33,932 bases of DNA, taken from assembly GCA_039208735.1 (NCBI GenBank), contig JBCCQY010000100.1, positions 1-33,932 on the forward strand. The letters run 5' to 3'. The position numbers and the translations under genes were made by a program. Below the pieces are notes generated by a model. It had not been told where the DNA came from. It saw only the letters and a list, made by a program, of their open reading frames with translations, and did not search any database. Shown piece by piece: positions 16,970 to 25,519 of the stretch. Within the stretch, counting starts at the first letter, position 1. Each line of letters starts with the position of its first letter. This stretch comes from Myxococcota bacterium (GTDB lineage Bacteria; Myxococcota_A; UBA796; GCA-2862545).

Positions 16970-19153
16970 ATGAGACATCTTGTCGTCACGCTCGCTCTGA
17001 TCTCGTTGACTGCATGCGACGACACTCCGCCCGCTTTCGAGGGCGACCAGATCGGACGCCGCGTTGACTCAGATGGAGACGGCCTTCCCGATGTCATCGA
17101 GTTGCAGGCGGAAGTCGAAACGTCGGCGTTCGATGCCGATTCGGACGATGACGGCCTCACCGACGGCGACGAAGTCAACGTCTATGGGACCAACCCGGTC
17201 TTCCCGGACACCGATTCCGATGGGTTGACGGACTTCGAAGAAATCTTCATCTACTTCACCGATCCCAACCTCATCGACACCGACAACGATGGGTTCTTCG
17301 ACCTGGACGAACTGACGTCGTTTGGCACCGACCCCCGCTTGCGCGACACCGACGGCGACGGCCTCGACGACCGTGAAGAAGTCGACATCTTCAATACCGA
17401 TCCGAACAACCGCGACACCGACGGCGACGGGCTGCTCGATGGGCAGGAGGCCGACCCGGGCCGCGGCACCGACCCGCTCGACATCGATACGGACGATGAC
17501 GGGCTGTCGGACTTCGAAGAGGTTCGGATTCACGGCACCACCCCGACCGAGCCCGACACCGATCAGGATGGCATCACCGACGGTGATGAACTGCTGATCT
17601 ACGACACCGAGCCCCTCGAGCCCGACACCGACCAGGACGGTCTGCGCGACGGTGAAGAACTGAAGCGCGGAACCAACCCACGCATCTCCGACACCGACGA
17701 GGACGGTCTCGTCGATGGTCAGGAAGTGGGCTTTGGTTCCGACCCGCTCATCCGCGACACCGATGGCGATGGCCTCACAGACCGCGAAGAGTTCTTTGCG
17801 GGCACCTCGCCCACGCGGGCCGATACCGATGGCGACGGCCTCGACGACCCCACAGAACTGTTCGATACGTTCACCGATCCCGCCCTTGACGACAGCGATG
17901 GCGACTCGCTTTCGGATGGCGAGGAATTGAACAAGACCAACACCGACCCGCTCGACCCCGACTCCGACAACGACGGACTGCTCGACGGGCCCGAAATCAC
18001 CCAGTACCAGACCGACCCGCTCGACCCCGATGGCGACAACGATCGCCTCACCGACGGTGAAGAGGTGCTGATCTACTTGTCGGACCCCGGCCTGCGCGAC
18101 ACGGATGGCGACGGCATCGACGATGGGGACGAGGTCGAAAACTTCGATACGCAGCCCTCGCTCGCCGATACCGATGGCGACAACCTGGACGACGGCGAAG
18201 AGCTCTTCAACACCAACACCAACCCCCTCGATCCCGACATGGATGACGACGGGGCGGATGATGGGCAGGAAATCGCTGCGGGCAGCGACCCCGAAGACCG
18301 CGACTCCGACAACGACTCGCTCACCGACGGTGACGAGATCAACACGTTCAACACGTCGCCGACCGACCCCGACACCGATGCGGGCGGCATGAACGACGGT
18401 GCAGAAGTCGGCTCGTCGCTCGATCCCAACGTGAGCGGCGACGACATCGCCTGCTCCTTCCCCACCAACGACCGAGCGCCCAACGACGGCACCTCGGGCG
18501 ACGAGATTGCACCGGTGTGGCTGGGCATCGAAGTGGTCGGCATTACGAACGGTGGGTCGTTCGAGGACTACCGTTTCCTCACCAATGACCGCTCGGCCCG
18601 CATCATCTTCTCCGTGAAGTCAGCCGCCTTCGGGTCCCTCTGCACGGTCGAATTCGACATCGATGATGCCACGACAGCCGACGAAGTTTGGGTAGGGAGT
18701 GGCGGCAACGTGCTCTTCAATACCTACGAACTCGACCTCGCGAACGGCGTGAGCACCTGCGCGCCGATCGACGGTGCGTTCGCCGGTGGCTTCACGAATC
18801 TGCACGACCTGCTTGCGTCCGTGAATTGGGGCATTGGCTTCGGGCCGCTGGTAACCAATGCCGACGCGCTCGAGAGCCGGGTCGACAACAACCTCATCGA
18901 GTTCGACCACCCCGTGGCCGACTACGATCTCGATGTCGAACCGTATGTGATGGGCTTCTACCTTTCGCTGGATCGCGAAAGTGCCATCGAGCAGGGCTGG
19001 GCCATTTCGTACGAGAGCGTTTGCGAAGAAGTCACCGTCAATGCAGGCGACCTCACGCCGCTGCCCGCCTCTACCATTGCCCTGCCCCAGAGCTACCTGC
19101 AGGCGCAGTCGTTCACCGACCTCTCGTTCCAGTTGGTCGTGAACTCGCTCTAA
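16970..19153 (+). CDS. Lipoprotein with 20 thrombospondin type-3-like (DxDxDG) Ca-binding repeats and an unknown C-terminal domain
   Basis: RBS GAGGA and lipobox LTAC; repeats of D[TS]DxDGLxDxxE...[TS][DN]P with a 22-24 aa period. Confidence 0.9.
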   Translation: MRHLVVTLALISLTACDDTPPAFEGDQIGRRVDSDGDGLPDVIELQAEVETSAFDADSDDDGLTDGDEVNVYGTNPVFPDTDSDGLTDFEEIFIYFTDPNLIDTDNDGFFDLDELTSFGTDPRLRDTDGDGLDDREEVDIFNTDPNNRDTDGDGLLDGQEADPGRGTDPLDIDTDDDGLSDFEEVRIHGTTPTEPDTDQDGITDGDELLIYDTEPLEPDTDQDGLRDGEELKRGTNPRISDTDEDGLVDGQEVGFGSDPLIRDTDGDGLTDREEFFAGTSPTRADTDGDGLDDPTELFDTFTDPALDDSDGDSLSDGEELNKTNTDPLDPDSDNDGLLDGPEITQYQTDPLDPDGDNDRLTDGEEVLIYLSDPGLRDTDGDGIDDGDEVENFDTQPSLADTDGDNLDDGEELFNTNTNPLDPDMDDDGADDGQEIAAGSDPEDRDSDNDSLTDGDEINTFNTSPTDPDTDAGGMNDGAEVGSSLDPNVSGDDIACSFPTNDRAPNDGTSGDEIAPVWLGIEVVGITNGGSFEDYRFLTNDRSARIIFSVKSAAFGSLCTVEFDIDDATTADEVWVGSGGNVLFNTYELDLANGVSTCAPIDGAFAGGFTNLHDLLASVNWGIGFGPLVTNADALESRVDNNLIEFDHPVADYDLDVEPYVMGFYLSLDRESAIEQGWAISYESVCEEVTVNAGDLTPLPASTIALPQSYLQAQSFTDLSFQLVVNSL
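17066..18444 (+). repeat. Coding tandem repeat array (20 TSP3-like units)
   Basis: Counted from [12 protein letters not shown] to [12 protein letters not shown]. Confidence 0.9.
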
Positions 19154-19214
19154 GGAAGAAGGGCAGGCCGTCGCCGACGCTGGACGCTTCGTCGGCTGAC
19201 GTTCTTCAAGGAAG

Positions 19215-19249
19215 AAAAAAGGCGGAGACTGCATGCAGCAGTCCCCGCC
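19215..19249 (-). terminator. Rho-independent terminator of the HU gene
   Basis: Minus strand reads GGCGGGGACTGC-TGCAT-GCAGTCTCCGCC-TTTTTT: a 12-bp stem with one G-U pair followed by U6. Confidence 0.88.
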
Positions 19250-19281
19250 GCCTCACCAGCCGAAGCTGGCGGCTAGACGAA

Positions 19282-19575
19282 TCAGCGCTCGACGCGCTCG
19301 CGAAGCGTCTTGCCCGGCTTGAAGTACGCGTAGTTCTTCGCCGGGATATCGATCTTGGCGCCCGTGGCGGGGTTGGTGCCCTTACGAGCGGCGCGACGGC
19401 GGGTGCCGAAGGTACCGAAACCGGGGATGACCACCTTACGACCGGCGTCAAGCTCGACCGCGATGATGCCCTCGCCCGACTCGGCCGAGAAGATGGCATT
19501 GATGACTTCGAGGCTCTTCGCCTTCGAAAGACCCGTCTTCGCGGCCAGCTTCGCGGCCATCTCACCCTTGTTCAT
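19282..19575 (-). CDS. hup: HU-family DNA-binding protein
   Basis: MNKGEM...GLSK, GFGTF, RAARKGTNPATG, FKPGKTLRE; RBS GGAGG upstream. Confidence 0.95.
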   Translation of the reverse strand: MNKGEMAAKLAAKTGLSKAKSLEVINAIFSAESGEGIIAVELDAGRKVVIPGFGTFGTRRRAARKGTNPATGAKIDIPAKNYAYFKPGKTLRERVER

Positions 19576-19852
19576 GGAAAACCTCCGTCAATCGTGGGGT
19601 GAAGCGTGGAGAGCATAAGACGTGATTCTGAATGCGTCTCCCCCGACCTGCGATTTTCCTGCGATTGCCCGGCGGAAACAGCTCGAGCCGCACCACCAGC
19701 GCATCGTCATTCGATTGGTTGGAACGGCAAAACACGAGAGACCCCGTGCCTCGGGAGCTCCCAAGGGATCTCTCGTCTCGACGCAGATCCATCCGATCCA
19801 GAAGTGGATCGGATGGCGCATCGGTCGACCGACGACCTGGTTAGCTGGCGCC

Positions 19853-20734
19853 ATGACGCGAAGAAAGTCCGACGATGCGCACCAGGGGCGCCTCTTCGTC
19901 ATTGCTTTGCCCATTGGGCATCCTGATGACCTCTCGCCGCATGCACGCGAGATCCTAGGCCAGGTGTCTCGCATTGCGTGCGAAGATACCCGAGTCACAC
20001 GCCGAGTCCTACAAAGACAAGGGATTCCCATCCCCTCGCTGGTCAGCTACCACGACCACAACGAGCAACAGCGGGTTCCCGGTCTCGTGGCGGCCCTGCA
20101 AGGCGGCGATGACGTGGCCCTCGTCAGCGACGCAGGAACCCCTCTCATCGCGGACCCTGGCTACCGGCTCGTGGTGGCTGCGATTGCCGCGGGCATCGAG
20201 GTAAGGTCGATCCCCGGCCCCTGCGCAGCCATCGCGGCCCTTGCGGTATCAGGCCTTCCCTCGGACCGGTTCTTGGTCCTCGGCTTCCTGCCTCGGGACG
20301 GGGGCGGTCGCCGAGCCGTCCTCACCGAGCACGCGAGCACCGCGGCGAGCCTGGTGCTCTACGCGGCCCCCCATCGCTTCCTAGCCTTGCTGGAAGACCT
20401 GTCGAATGTGCTTGGCCCACAGCGGCGCATCGCCGTCGCCAACGATCTGACCAAGACCTACGAACGCTGGTGGCGAGGTTCGGTGGCCACGGTCGCCCAG
20501 CAACTTGCCGACCACGAACTCAAGGGAGAGCTGACGGTCGTGGTCGAAGGCGCTTCAAGGCGATCGTCCAATGCGGAGCTGGACTCGACGACCGACCAAC
20601 TCATTGCGGAGTTGGTTGCGACGGGGCTTTCTGCCGGATCCGTTCGCGATGTGGTGGCCAAGGTGTTCGACCTCCCCCGCCGCGACGTCTACCAGCGGGT
20701 ACTTCATCACCAGCACCGCCTCGAAGAGGAGTGA
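19853..20734 (+). CDS. rsmI: 16S rRNA (cytidine1402-2'-O)-methyltransferase RsmI (divergent)
   Basis: PIG, ACEDTR, SYHDHNE, VSDAGTPLIADPG, PGPCA, PHR, LTK, KGELTVVV. Confidence 0.88.
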   Translation: MTRRKSDDAHQGRLFVIALPIGHPDDLSPHAREILGQVSRIACEDTRVTRRVLQRQGIPIPSLVSYHDHNEQQRVPGLVAALQGGDDVALVSDAGTPLIADPGYRLVVAAIAAGIEVRSIPGPCAAIAALAVSGLPSDRFLVLGFLPRDGGGRRAVLTEHASTAASLVLYAAPHRFLALLEDLSNVLGPQRRIAVANDLTKTYERWWRGSVATVAQQLADHELKGELTVVVEGASRRSSNAELDSTTDQLIAELVATGLSAGSVRDVVAKVFDLPRRDVYQRVLHHQHRLEEE

Positions 20735-20737
20735 GCC

Positions 20738-21202
20738 ATGGTTCCGCCCGTCTACGATGAAGCCGAGCTTCCCGACCGACTGCGCCAGCTCGTGGCCAGT
20801 GAAATCGATCGGATCGTCGAAGACCTGGCGGTCCGCCAAGAGCTGCTGCTCGATGCCTGGAGCCGACACCGGGATCGGGGCCCCTTCATCGACACCATGT
20901 TCAGCCGCTGGACGACGATCGGCATGACGGACCTCGCGCTGATCGACAGCGAAGCTTTGACAGCGTGCGAAGCGTTCTACCGGGAACTCGACGACTTTCG
21001 GATGTACTGCCGCTACACGCAGGACATGCCCACGACCATGGCCGAGCGGTTCGATCTCGCGCTGCGAACGCTTGATGCCTACGGAAGGCTGGCCATCGAG
21101 CAACTCGGCGGCGTCCCGGAGAAGCCCTTCGTGGTGATCGACGACGCGATCACACCGGTCGAGCCCCCACAGCTCGAAGTCCTCGACGTCGCCGAGGAGT
21201 GA
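20738..21202 (+). CDS. Hypothetical protein
   Basis: RBS GAGGAG, 3 bp after the rsmI stop, typical codon usage; no recognised domain. Confidence 0.75.
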   Translation: MVPPVYDEAELPDRLRQLVASEIDRIVEDLAVRQELLLDAWSRHRDRGPFIDTMFSRWTTIGMTDLALIDSEALTACEAFYRELDDFRMYCRYTQDMPTTMAERFDLALRTLDAYGRLAIEQLGGVPEKPFVVIDDAITPVEPPQLEVLDVAEE

Positions 21203-21247
21203 TCCGCGCCCTCCCGGCGGTCGAAATCACAGGGATTCATCGATTGT

Positions 21248-21286
21248 TCGACCGGGGTGCCGCCTTTTGCTACAGTGATCTACTGT
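21248..21286 (+). promoter_or_regulatory. Putative sigma70 promoter with overlapping palindrome
   Basis: TCGACC (21248-21253) - 17 bp - extended -10 TGc-TACAGT (21271-21276). The ACAGT-GATCT-ACTGT palindrome (21272-21286) overlaps the -10. Confidence 0.45.
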
Positions 21287-21303
21287 CAACCAAGGGGTCT
21301 ACA

Positions 21304-21540
21304 ATGGCCGATTACCTCGCTCTTATGGCGGCTCATCTCAAAGAGACCGTCCACCGCAACGATCATCAAGCGCAAGCCGGCGCCACCCTCATGCAGGTGC
21401 GTGCGCACCTCGAGCCTCGGGCCTGGGACCAGTGGGTCACGGAGCAGGTGGGCTTGCCCGTTGAACAGGCGCACCATCTGATCGATGCGGCGGAGCGAGC
21501 GGGGGCCTCCCTCGATACCCTGCGGCCGCCCGAACTCTAA
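21304..21540 (+). CDS. Small protein resembling DUF3102
   Basis: AGATLMQVRAHLEPRAWDQWVTEQVGLPVEQAHHLIDAA follows the G-x2-L-x2-[VA][RK]-x2-L...W-x2-W...A-x2-[LM] pattern recalled for DUF3102. AAGGGG precedes the ATG. Confidence 0.55.
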   Translation: MADYLALMAAHLKETVHRNDHQAQAGATLMQVRAHLEPRAWDQWVTEQVGLPVEQAHHLIDAAERAGASLDTLRPPEL

Positions 21541-21598
21541 GGCATCGCCTGCGCTTCAACGCCCAACGGGCCCGGCCACAAGCCGGGTCCGTCGTCGT

Positions 21599-22972
21599 TT
21601 AGAGTTCGTCCGCGCCCACGTCAGGCCGGCTGTCGCGCTTCTCACCGTCAATGTCGATGTCGACGATGTCGAGGTACGTTTCCAGGCCTTCGTTGATCAC
21701 CCCGACAGCGCCTGGAGAGGTGTGGAAGTCCCGCATCGCCGGGTAGAACCACGTCGATGGGTCGACGTCCTCGACGTTGCCATCCACCATGATCACCGCA
21801 TCTGCAATGCGGCGTAGGCTGTGACTGAGAAGGTTATTGGCCACGATTCCGCTCGTGCGCTCACCGATGTACTCGATGCCACTCGTCGGCACGACCACCG
21901 AGTAGGTCGAGTTGTGGAGCACGGTCGAGTTGCACGCGTCGTTGAGCAGGATCCCTGCGCGAACGAAGTTGTTGGCCGTCATCGCTTCATCGAACGCCCC
22001 GACAATATTGTTCGTGACGGTCACACCCGAGGCTTGGACCGCCTCCTCGCCACACTCGACGTTGCCATCTTCGTAGTCGCGGATTTCGACCGCAGGCGTA
22101 TCGCCCACCTGGATGCCAAACCGGGTGTCGACGATGTTGTTCCGGGTGATCAGCACATCGCGCGATCCGGTACTCACGCGAACGTTGGGCAGGCCATTGA
22201 CGCCACTGACGCACCAGAACCCTTCCGACCGGTTGTCGCGAATGATGACGTTTCGAATCGCATCTGCGCTGATGGCACCGGTGTCGCAAATCGCCGCCGT
22301 GTTGTCCCGTCCCGTGTCGGACAACAAGAAGTCGTTGCAGCTGATCTCGCTGTCGTCAACGCCTGGGAACGTGCCATCATCGGCGATCGACGCCCCGTTG
22401 AGGGTCATCGCATTGCGTCCTGGATCGCGGAACTGCACGTCGTGGATGCGCAGCCCCGTCAACGCGGTTTCGGCCGGCGGCTGGACGAACACGAGATCCC
22501 GGCCTGACCTCGTGAGGGTGAGGTGGCCGATCGTGACATCGGACGACCCTACGACCAGCAGGTCGCCAGCGGCGTAGTTCATGTCGAGGGTCACATCGCT
22601 CGCGATCCCCGAGGCCGACACGATGGTGAGCGGTCGGTCGATCTGCAAGGGAGCCTTGAGGGTGTAGACGCCCTTGGCCAGCTCGAGCACATCGCCGCCG
22701 TCTGCGGCCGAGATGGCCGCGGCCAGATCATCCGACGGGCCCACCGCGGTGCCCGGCGCAGTCTGTAGCGGCACACACAGGCCTGTGACCGGCACATCGG
22801 TGTCGGTATCGGCGTCCGTGTCCGCATCGGTGTCGGCATCGGCGTCGGCGTCGGCATCGGCATCGGCGTCGGTGTCGCGCGGCACAATGTCGTCGTCGTT
22901 CTTGTCGTCGCCCGTGCAACCCACGACCGCCATCGCACTCATGGTCACCCACCACCCGATCCAACGTGACAT
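21599..22972 (-). CDS. Lipoprotein with a D-X repeat linker and right-handed parallel beta-helix domain
   Basis: Lipobox VVGC, (DX)13 linker, DLAAAI...GDVLELAKGVY, repeated xxIxxNxI strands, C-terminal DIDGEKR...PDVGADE. RBS GGAGGA. Confidence 0.85.
   Translation of the reverse strand: MSRWIGWWVTMSAMAVVGCTGDDKNDDDIVPRDTDADADADADADADTDADTDADTDTDVPVTGLCVPLQTAPGTAVGPSDDLAAAISAADGGDVLELAKGVYTLKAPLQIDRPLTIVSASGIASDVTLDMNYAAGDLLVVGSSDVTIGHLTLTRSGRDLVFVQPPAETALTGLRIHDVQFRDPGRNAMTLNGASIADDGTFPGVDDSEISCNDFLLSDTGRDNTAAICDTGAISADAIRNVIIRDNRSEGFWCVSGVNGLPNVRVSTGSRDVLITRNNIVDTRFGIQVGDTPAVEIRDYEDGNVECGEEAVQASGVTVTNNIVGAFDEAMTANNFVRAGILLNDACNSTVLHNSTYSVVVPTSGIEYIGERTSGIVANNLLSHSLRRIADAVIMVDGNVEDVDPSTWFYPAMRDFHTSPGAVGVINEGLETYLDIVDIDIDGEKRDSRPDVGADEL
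22796..22876 (-). repeat. Degenerate 6-nt repeat encoding (D-[A/T])13-D
   Basis: DTDADADADADADADTDADTDADTDTD. Confidence 0.92.
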
Positions 22973-23074
22973 GTCTTCCTCCATCGACAGAGCCACCGGC
23001 CCAGCAGTCTACCGGGTGACGCCTGCGAACGTCGAAGACATTACGACGGCTGGACAAGCCCGCAGGAGGTTCGC

Positions 23075-23695
23075 ATGAGGAACGCGCTGATGGCCATGGT
23101 TGTGTTCGGCACGGCCTGCTCCACCCCCGTTGCAACGACCAGTGAGGTCGAAGCCGCGTCGTCCGCCCGAGTTGGCAAAGCGGCTCCGGACTTTACATTG
23201 ACCGATCTGTCCGGCAAGACCCACAAGTTGTCCGACTACAAGGGCAAGACGATCGTGCTCGAGTGGTTCAACCCCGGTTGTCCCTACGTGAAGTACGCCC
23301 ACGGAGAGGGTCCGCTCGCGGACCAGGCCCAACGCACGATGGACGACAACACCGTGTGGATCGCGGTCAACAGCGGAGCCCCGGGCAAGCAGGGCCACGG
23401 GACGGCCCTGAATCAGCAAGCCAAGGCCGACTGGAAGCTTGACCATCCCATCCTCGTCGACGAGTCAGGAACCGTCGGCAAGTCGTACGGGGCCATCACC
23501 ACGCCGCACATGTACGTGATCGACCCGAGCTTCACCCTTCGCTACCAGGGCGCGATCGACAACGCCCCCATGGGCCGGGCCAACGGCGAACCCGTCAACT
23601 ACGTCGATGCGGCGCTGACGGATCTTCGTGCCGGGAAGACGGTGAAGACGCCGAACACCAAGGCCTACGGCTGCAGCGTCAAGTACGGCTCCTAA
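23075..23695 (+). CDS. Thioredoxin-fold redoxin (AhpC/TSA, Prx-like) lipoprotein
   Basis: VGKAAPDFTL, WFNPGCPYV, YGAITTPHMYVID, YQGAID, C-terminal YGCSVKY; lipobox GTAC; RBS AGGAGG. Confidence 0.9.
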   Translation: MRNALMAMVVFGTACSTPVATTSEVEAASSARVGKAAPDFTLTDLSGKTHKLSDYKGKTIVLEWFNPGCPYVKYAHGEGPLADQAQRTMDDNTVWIAVNSGAPGKQGHGTALNQQAKADWKLDHPILVDESGTVGKSYGAITTPHMYVIDPSFTLRYQGAIDNAPMGRANGEPVNYVDAALTDLRAGKTVKTPNTKAYGCSVKYGS

Positions 23696-23697
23696 GT

Positions 23698-24759
23698 TTA
23701 GGCGTCTGCCTTCGCCGTGCGAATCGCCTCCCACTCTCGCGCATAGAGAACAAGGTTGTCGGTCACGAGGCGAAGGTTCCGCTCGTTGATCTCATCGTCC
23801 TCATCTCGATCGATCTGGTCCATGTGCAACGCGATGGGCCACAGTCGTTCGATGAGGCCATCGAGCAGATCTTCGTCGCGGGTTTGGCGATCTTGGCCGG
23901 CGAAAGCCTCGCGGTATTCGCCGAAAATCGCGTTGGCGGCATTGGCCAGCGCCCCGACGCGCTCGCTCGTTTGCGAGGTTTGGTGCGCCTCGACGATGGT
24001 CTGCACTTCCGCCTTGTAGGCGTGCACCCGCTCGGTCACAACCTTGAAGTTTCGGTCGTTGGGCTCGGACTGAAACCCTGCCGCCTGCAACCGGGCCATT
24101 CCCGCCGCGATGCCTTCAAGTTCGGAAACGATGCGCAGCAAGCGGCCGGGGTCGCGAGAAAGCCGCGACTTTCCGGCAAACCCATTCTGGTAGAGCCCGA
24201 ATTGGGTGTTTGCGAGGTTGGCGTACCGAGTGCCCTGCTCGGCCTGCTCACCCGCGGTACGGGCCTCTCGGATGCGGCCTTCCTCGGTTCGGCAGAGGCC
24301 TAACGTCTCGTCGATCCGCTGAAGATCGGCTTCGAGGCCCAAAGCCGCCGACTCTTCGTGAAGGGCCGCGATGCGGGCACGTTGTGCCTCGAGACTCTTG
24401 CGAATGTCGGCAAGCAATCCGAGATCACGCGTGTTCCGGTTACGCCCTGCGAACGAGCGTCGGTAGCGCGCCATGTTCATTTCGGCCCACTGCCGCAACC
24501 GGTGCGCCTGAAGCGCCCCCGGAACCGCACGAGCCGTCAAGATGGCCTCATGCTCCTTGCGAAACAGCTCGTTGCTCTCGTCCCACCGCGCCTGGAGGTC
24601 GGGCTTACCGGCCACCTGGGGGGCCACCGAGGCCAGCTGTTCGATCATCCGCTCCATGACATCGGGGTCGCGCGACACTCTGGCGCGTCCCGCGAATTGA
24701 GTGCGGTATTGGCTTTGCAGACGATCGAGCATCGTCGCGGCGTCAACATCTTCAGCCAT
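23698..24759 (-). CDS. Hypothetical helical protein with four ~90-aa internal repeats
   Basis: Motif Y-x3-FAG-x2-R-x-[ST]RD at aa 18, 99, 190 and 282. Confidence 0.85.
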   Translation of the reverse strand: MAEDVDAATMLDRLQSQYRTQFAGRARVSRDPDVMERMIEQLASVAPQVAGKPDLQARWDESNELFRKEHEAILTARAVPGALQAHRLRQWAEMNMARYRRSFAGRNRNTRDLGLLADIRKSLEAQRARIAALHEESAALGLEADLQRIDETLGLCRTEEGRIREARTAGEQAEQGTRYANLANTQFGLYQNGFAGKSRLSRDPGRLLRIVSELEGIAAGMARLQAAGFQSEPNDRNFKVVTERVHAYKAEVQTIVEAHQTSQTSERVGALANAANAIFGEYREAFAGQDRQTRDEDLLDGLIERLWPIALHMDQIDRDEDDEINERNLRLVTDNLVLYAREWEAIRTAKADA

Positions 24760-24780
24760 GGCCGACGGGTAACCCGGGGA

Positions 24781-25479
24781 TCATCCGCCGAGGACCAGGT
24801 CTCCGTCTTCGCATTCGCCACTCGGCGCGAGCAGGACCCGTTGGTGCTCGGCATCGGTGAGCCCGGTGTCGAACTGCCATGTAATGCCTAGGCCACCTTG
24901 GACGTGGCCCCGACCAGCCACGACAATGAGCGCACTCTCGCCATCCCAACCCGCCAAGGCCAGCTCGGCGATTCGGTAATCGCGCCAGGCCATGGCTTCG
25001 GCGAATTTACGCACCTCGGCGGGGTCGCCCGACCCATGCGCGTGGTGGGCAGCCACGCTGGCCAGGCGCTCTTCGTAGACGTCGGGCACCTCTACATCCG
25101 CTTCGGGTGGCTTCGGCCCAAGCTTCGGACCGGCCGCCACGTAGCGCACACCGCGGACGCCCAAGAGGGCCTTGTAGGGTTTAAAGGCGTAGCCCCACGT
25201 CTCGGCCCAATTGGCGAGGCGTCGGACTTTTCGAGCCCGAATGCGACCTTTCGTGAGCTGGTCGAGCACATCTTGATGATCCGCAGACACCGCTTCGAGG
25301 GCCACCGTCACGGGACCACGCTGGGCCGCCGCCTCGACAAGGGTAGCCGCACGATCGAGATCTTCCACTCGCCCGTGCCGCTCCCCAAGCACCATCACCG
25401 CACCAGGCTCGACGGTTAGTGCGTCCATCTCAACGGGCTCACAGCCCCACCCAACCGAAATCCACCACGATACCAGCAT
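24781..25479 (-). CDS. ChaN/EreA-like fold protein (putative lipoprotein)
   Basis: VMVLGERH, VALEAV, WGYAF.PY, AMAWRD and IVVAGRGHVQGGLG match the ChaN (haem-uptake/TIKI-like) conserved blocks. Start is inferred. Confidence 0.75.
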   Translation of the reverse strand: MLVSWWISVGWGCEPVEMDALTVEPGAVMVLGERHGRVEDLDRAATLVEAAAQRGPVTVALEAVSADHQDVLDQLTKGRIRARKVRRLANWAETWGYAFKPYKALLGVRGVRYVAAGPKLGPKPPEADVEVPDVYEERLASVAAHHAHGSGDPAEVRKFAEAMAWRDYRIAELALAGWDGESALIVVAGRGHVQGGLGITWQFDTGLTDAEHQRVLLAPSGECEDGDLVLGG

Positions 25480-25519
25480 GGGAGAGCCCTTAACAATTCG
25501 GGGCTCCTCCGGAGGCTGG

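Noticed and set aside
17066..18444. Regularly spaced GACACCGAC...GACGG nucleotide repeats (~66-72 bp period) resembling a CRISPR array
   Set aside because: The repeats are degenerate at third codon positions and in frame within a protein. There are no identical direct repeats and no cas genes.
20735..21600. rnpB (RNase P RNA), often found next to rsmI
   Set aside because: No GAGGAAAGTCC-type conserved motif seen; the space is filled by two plausible CDS.
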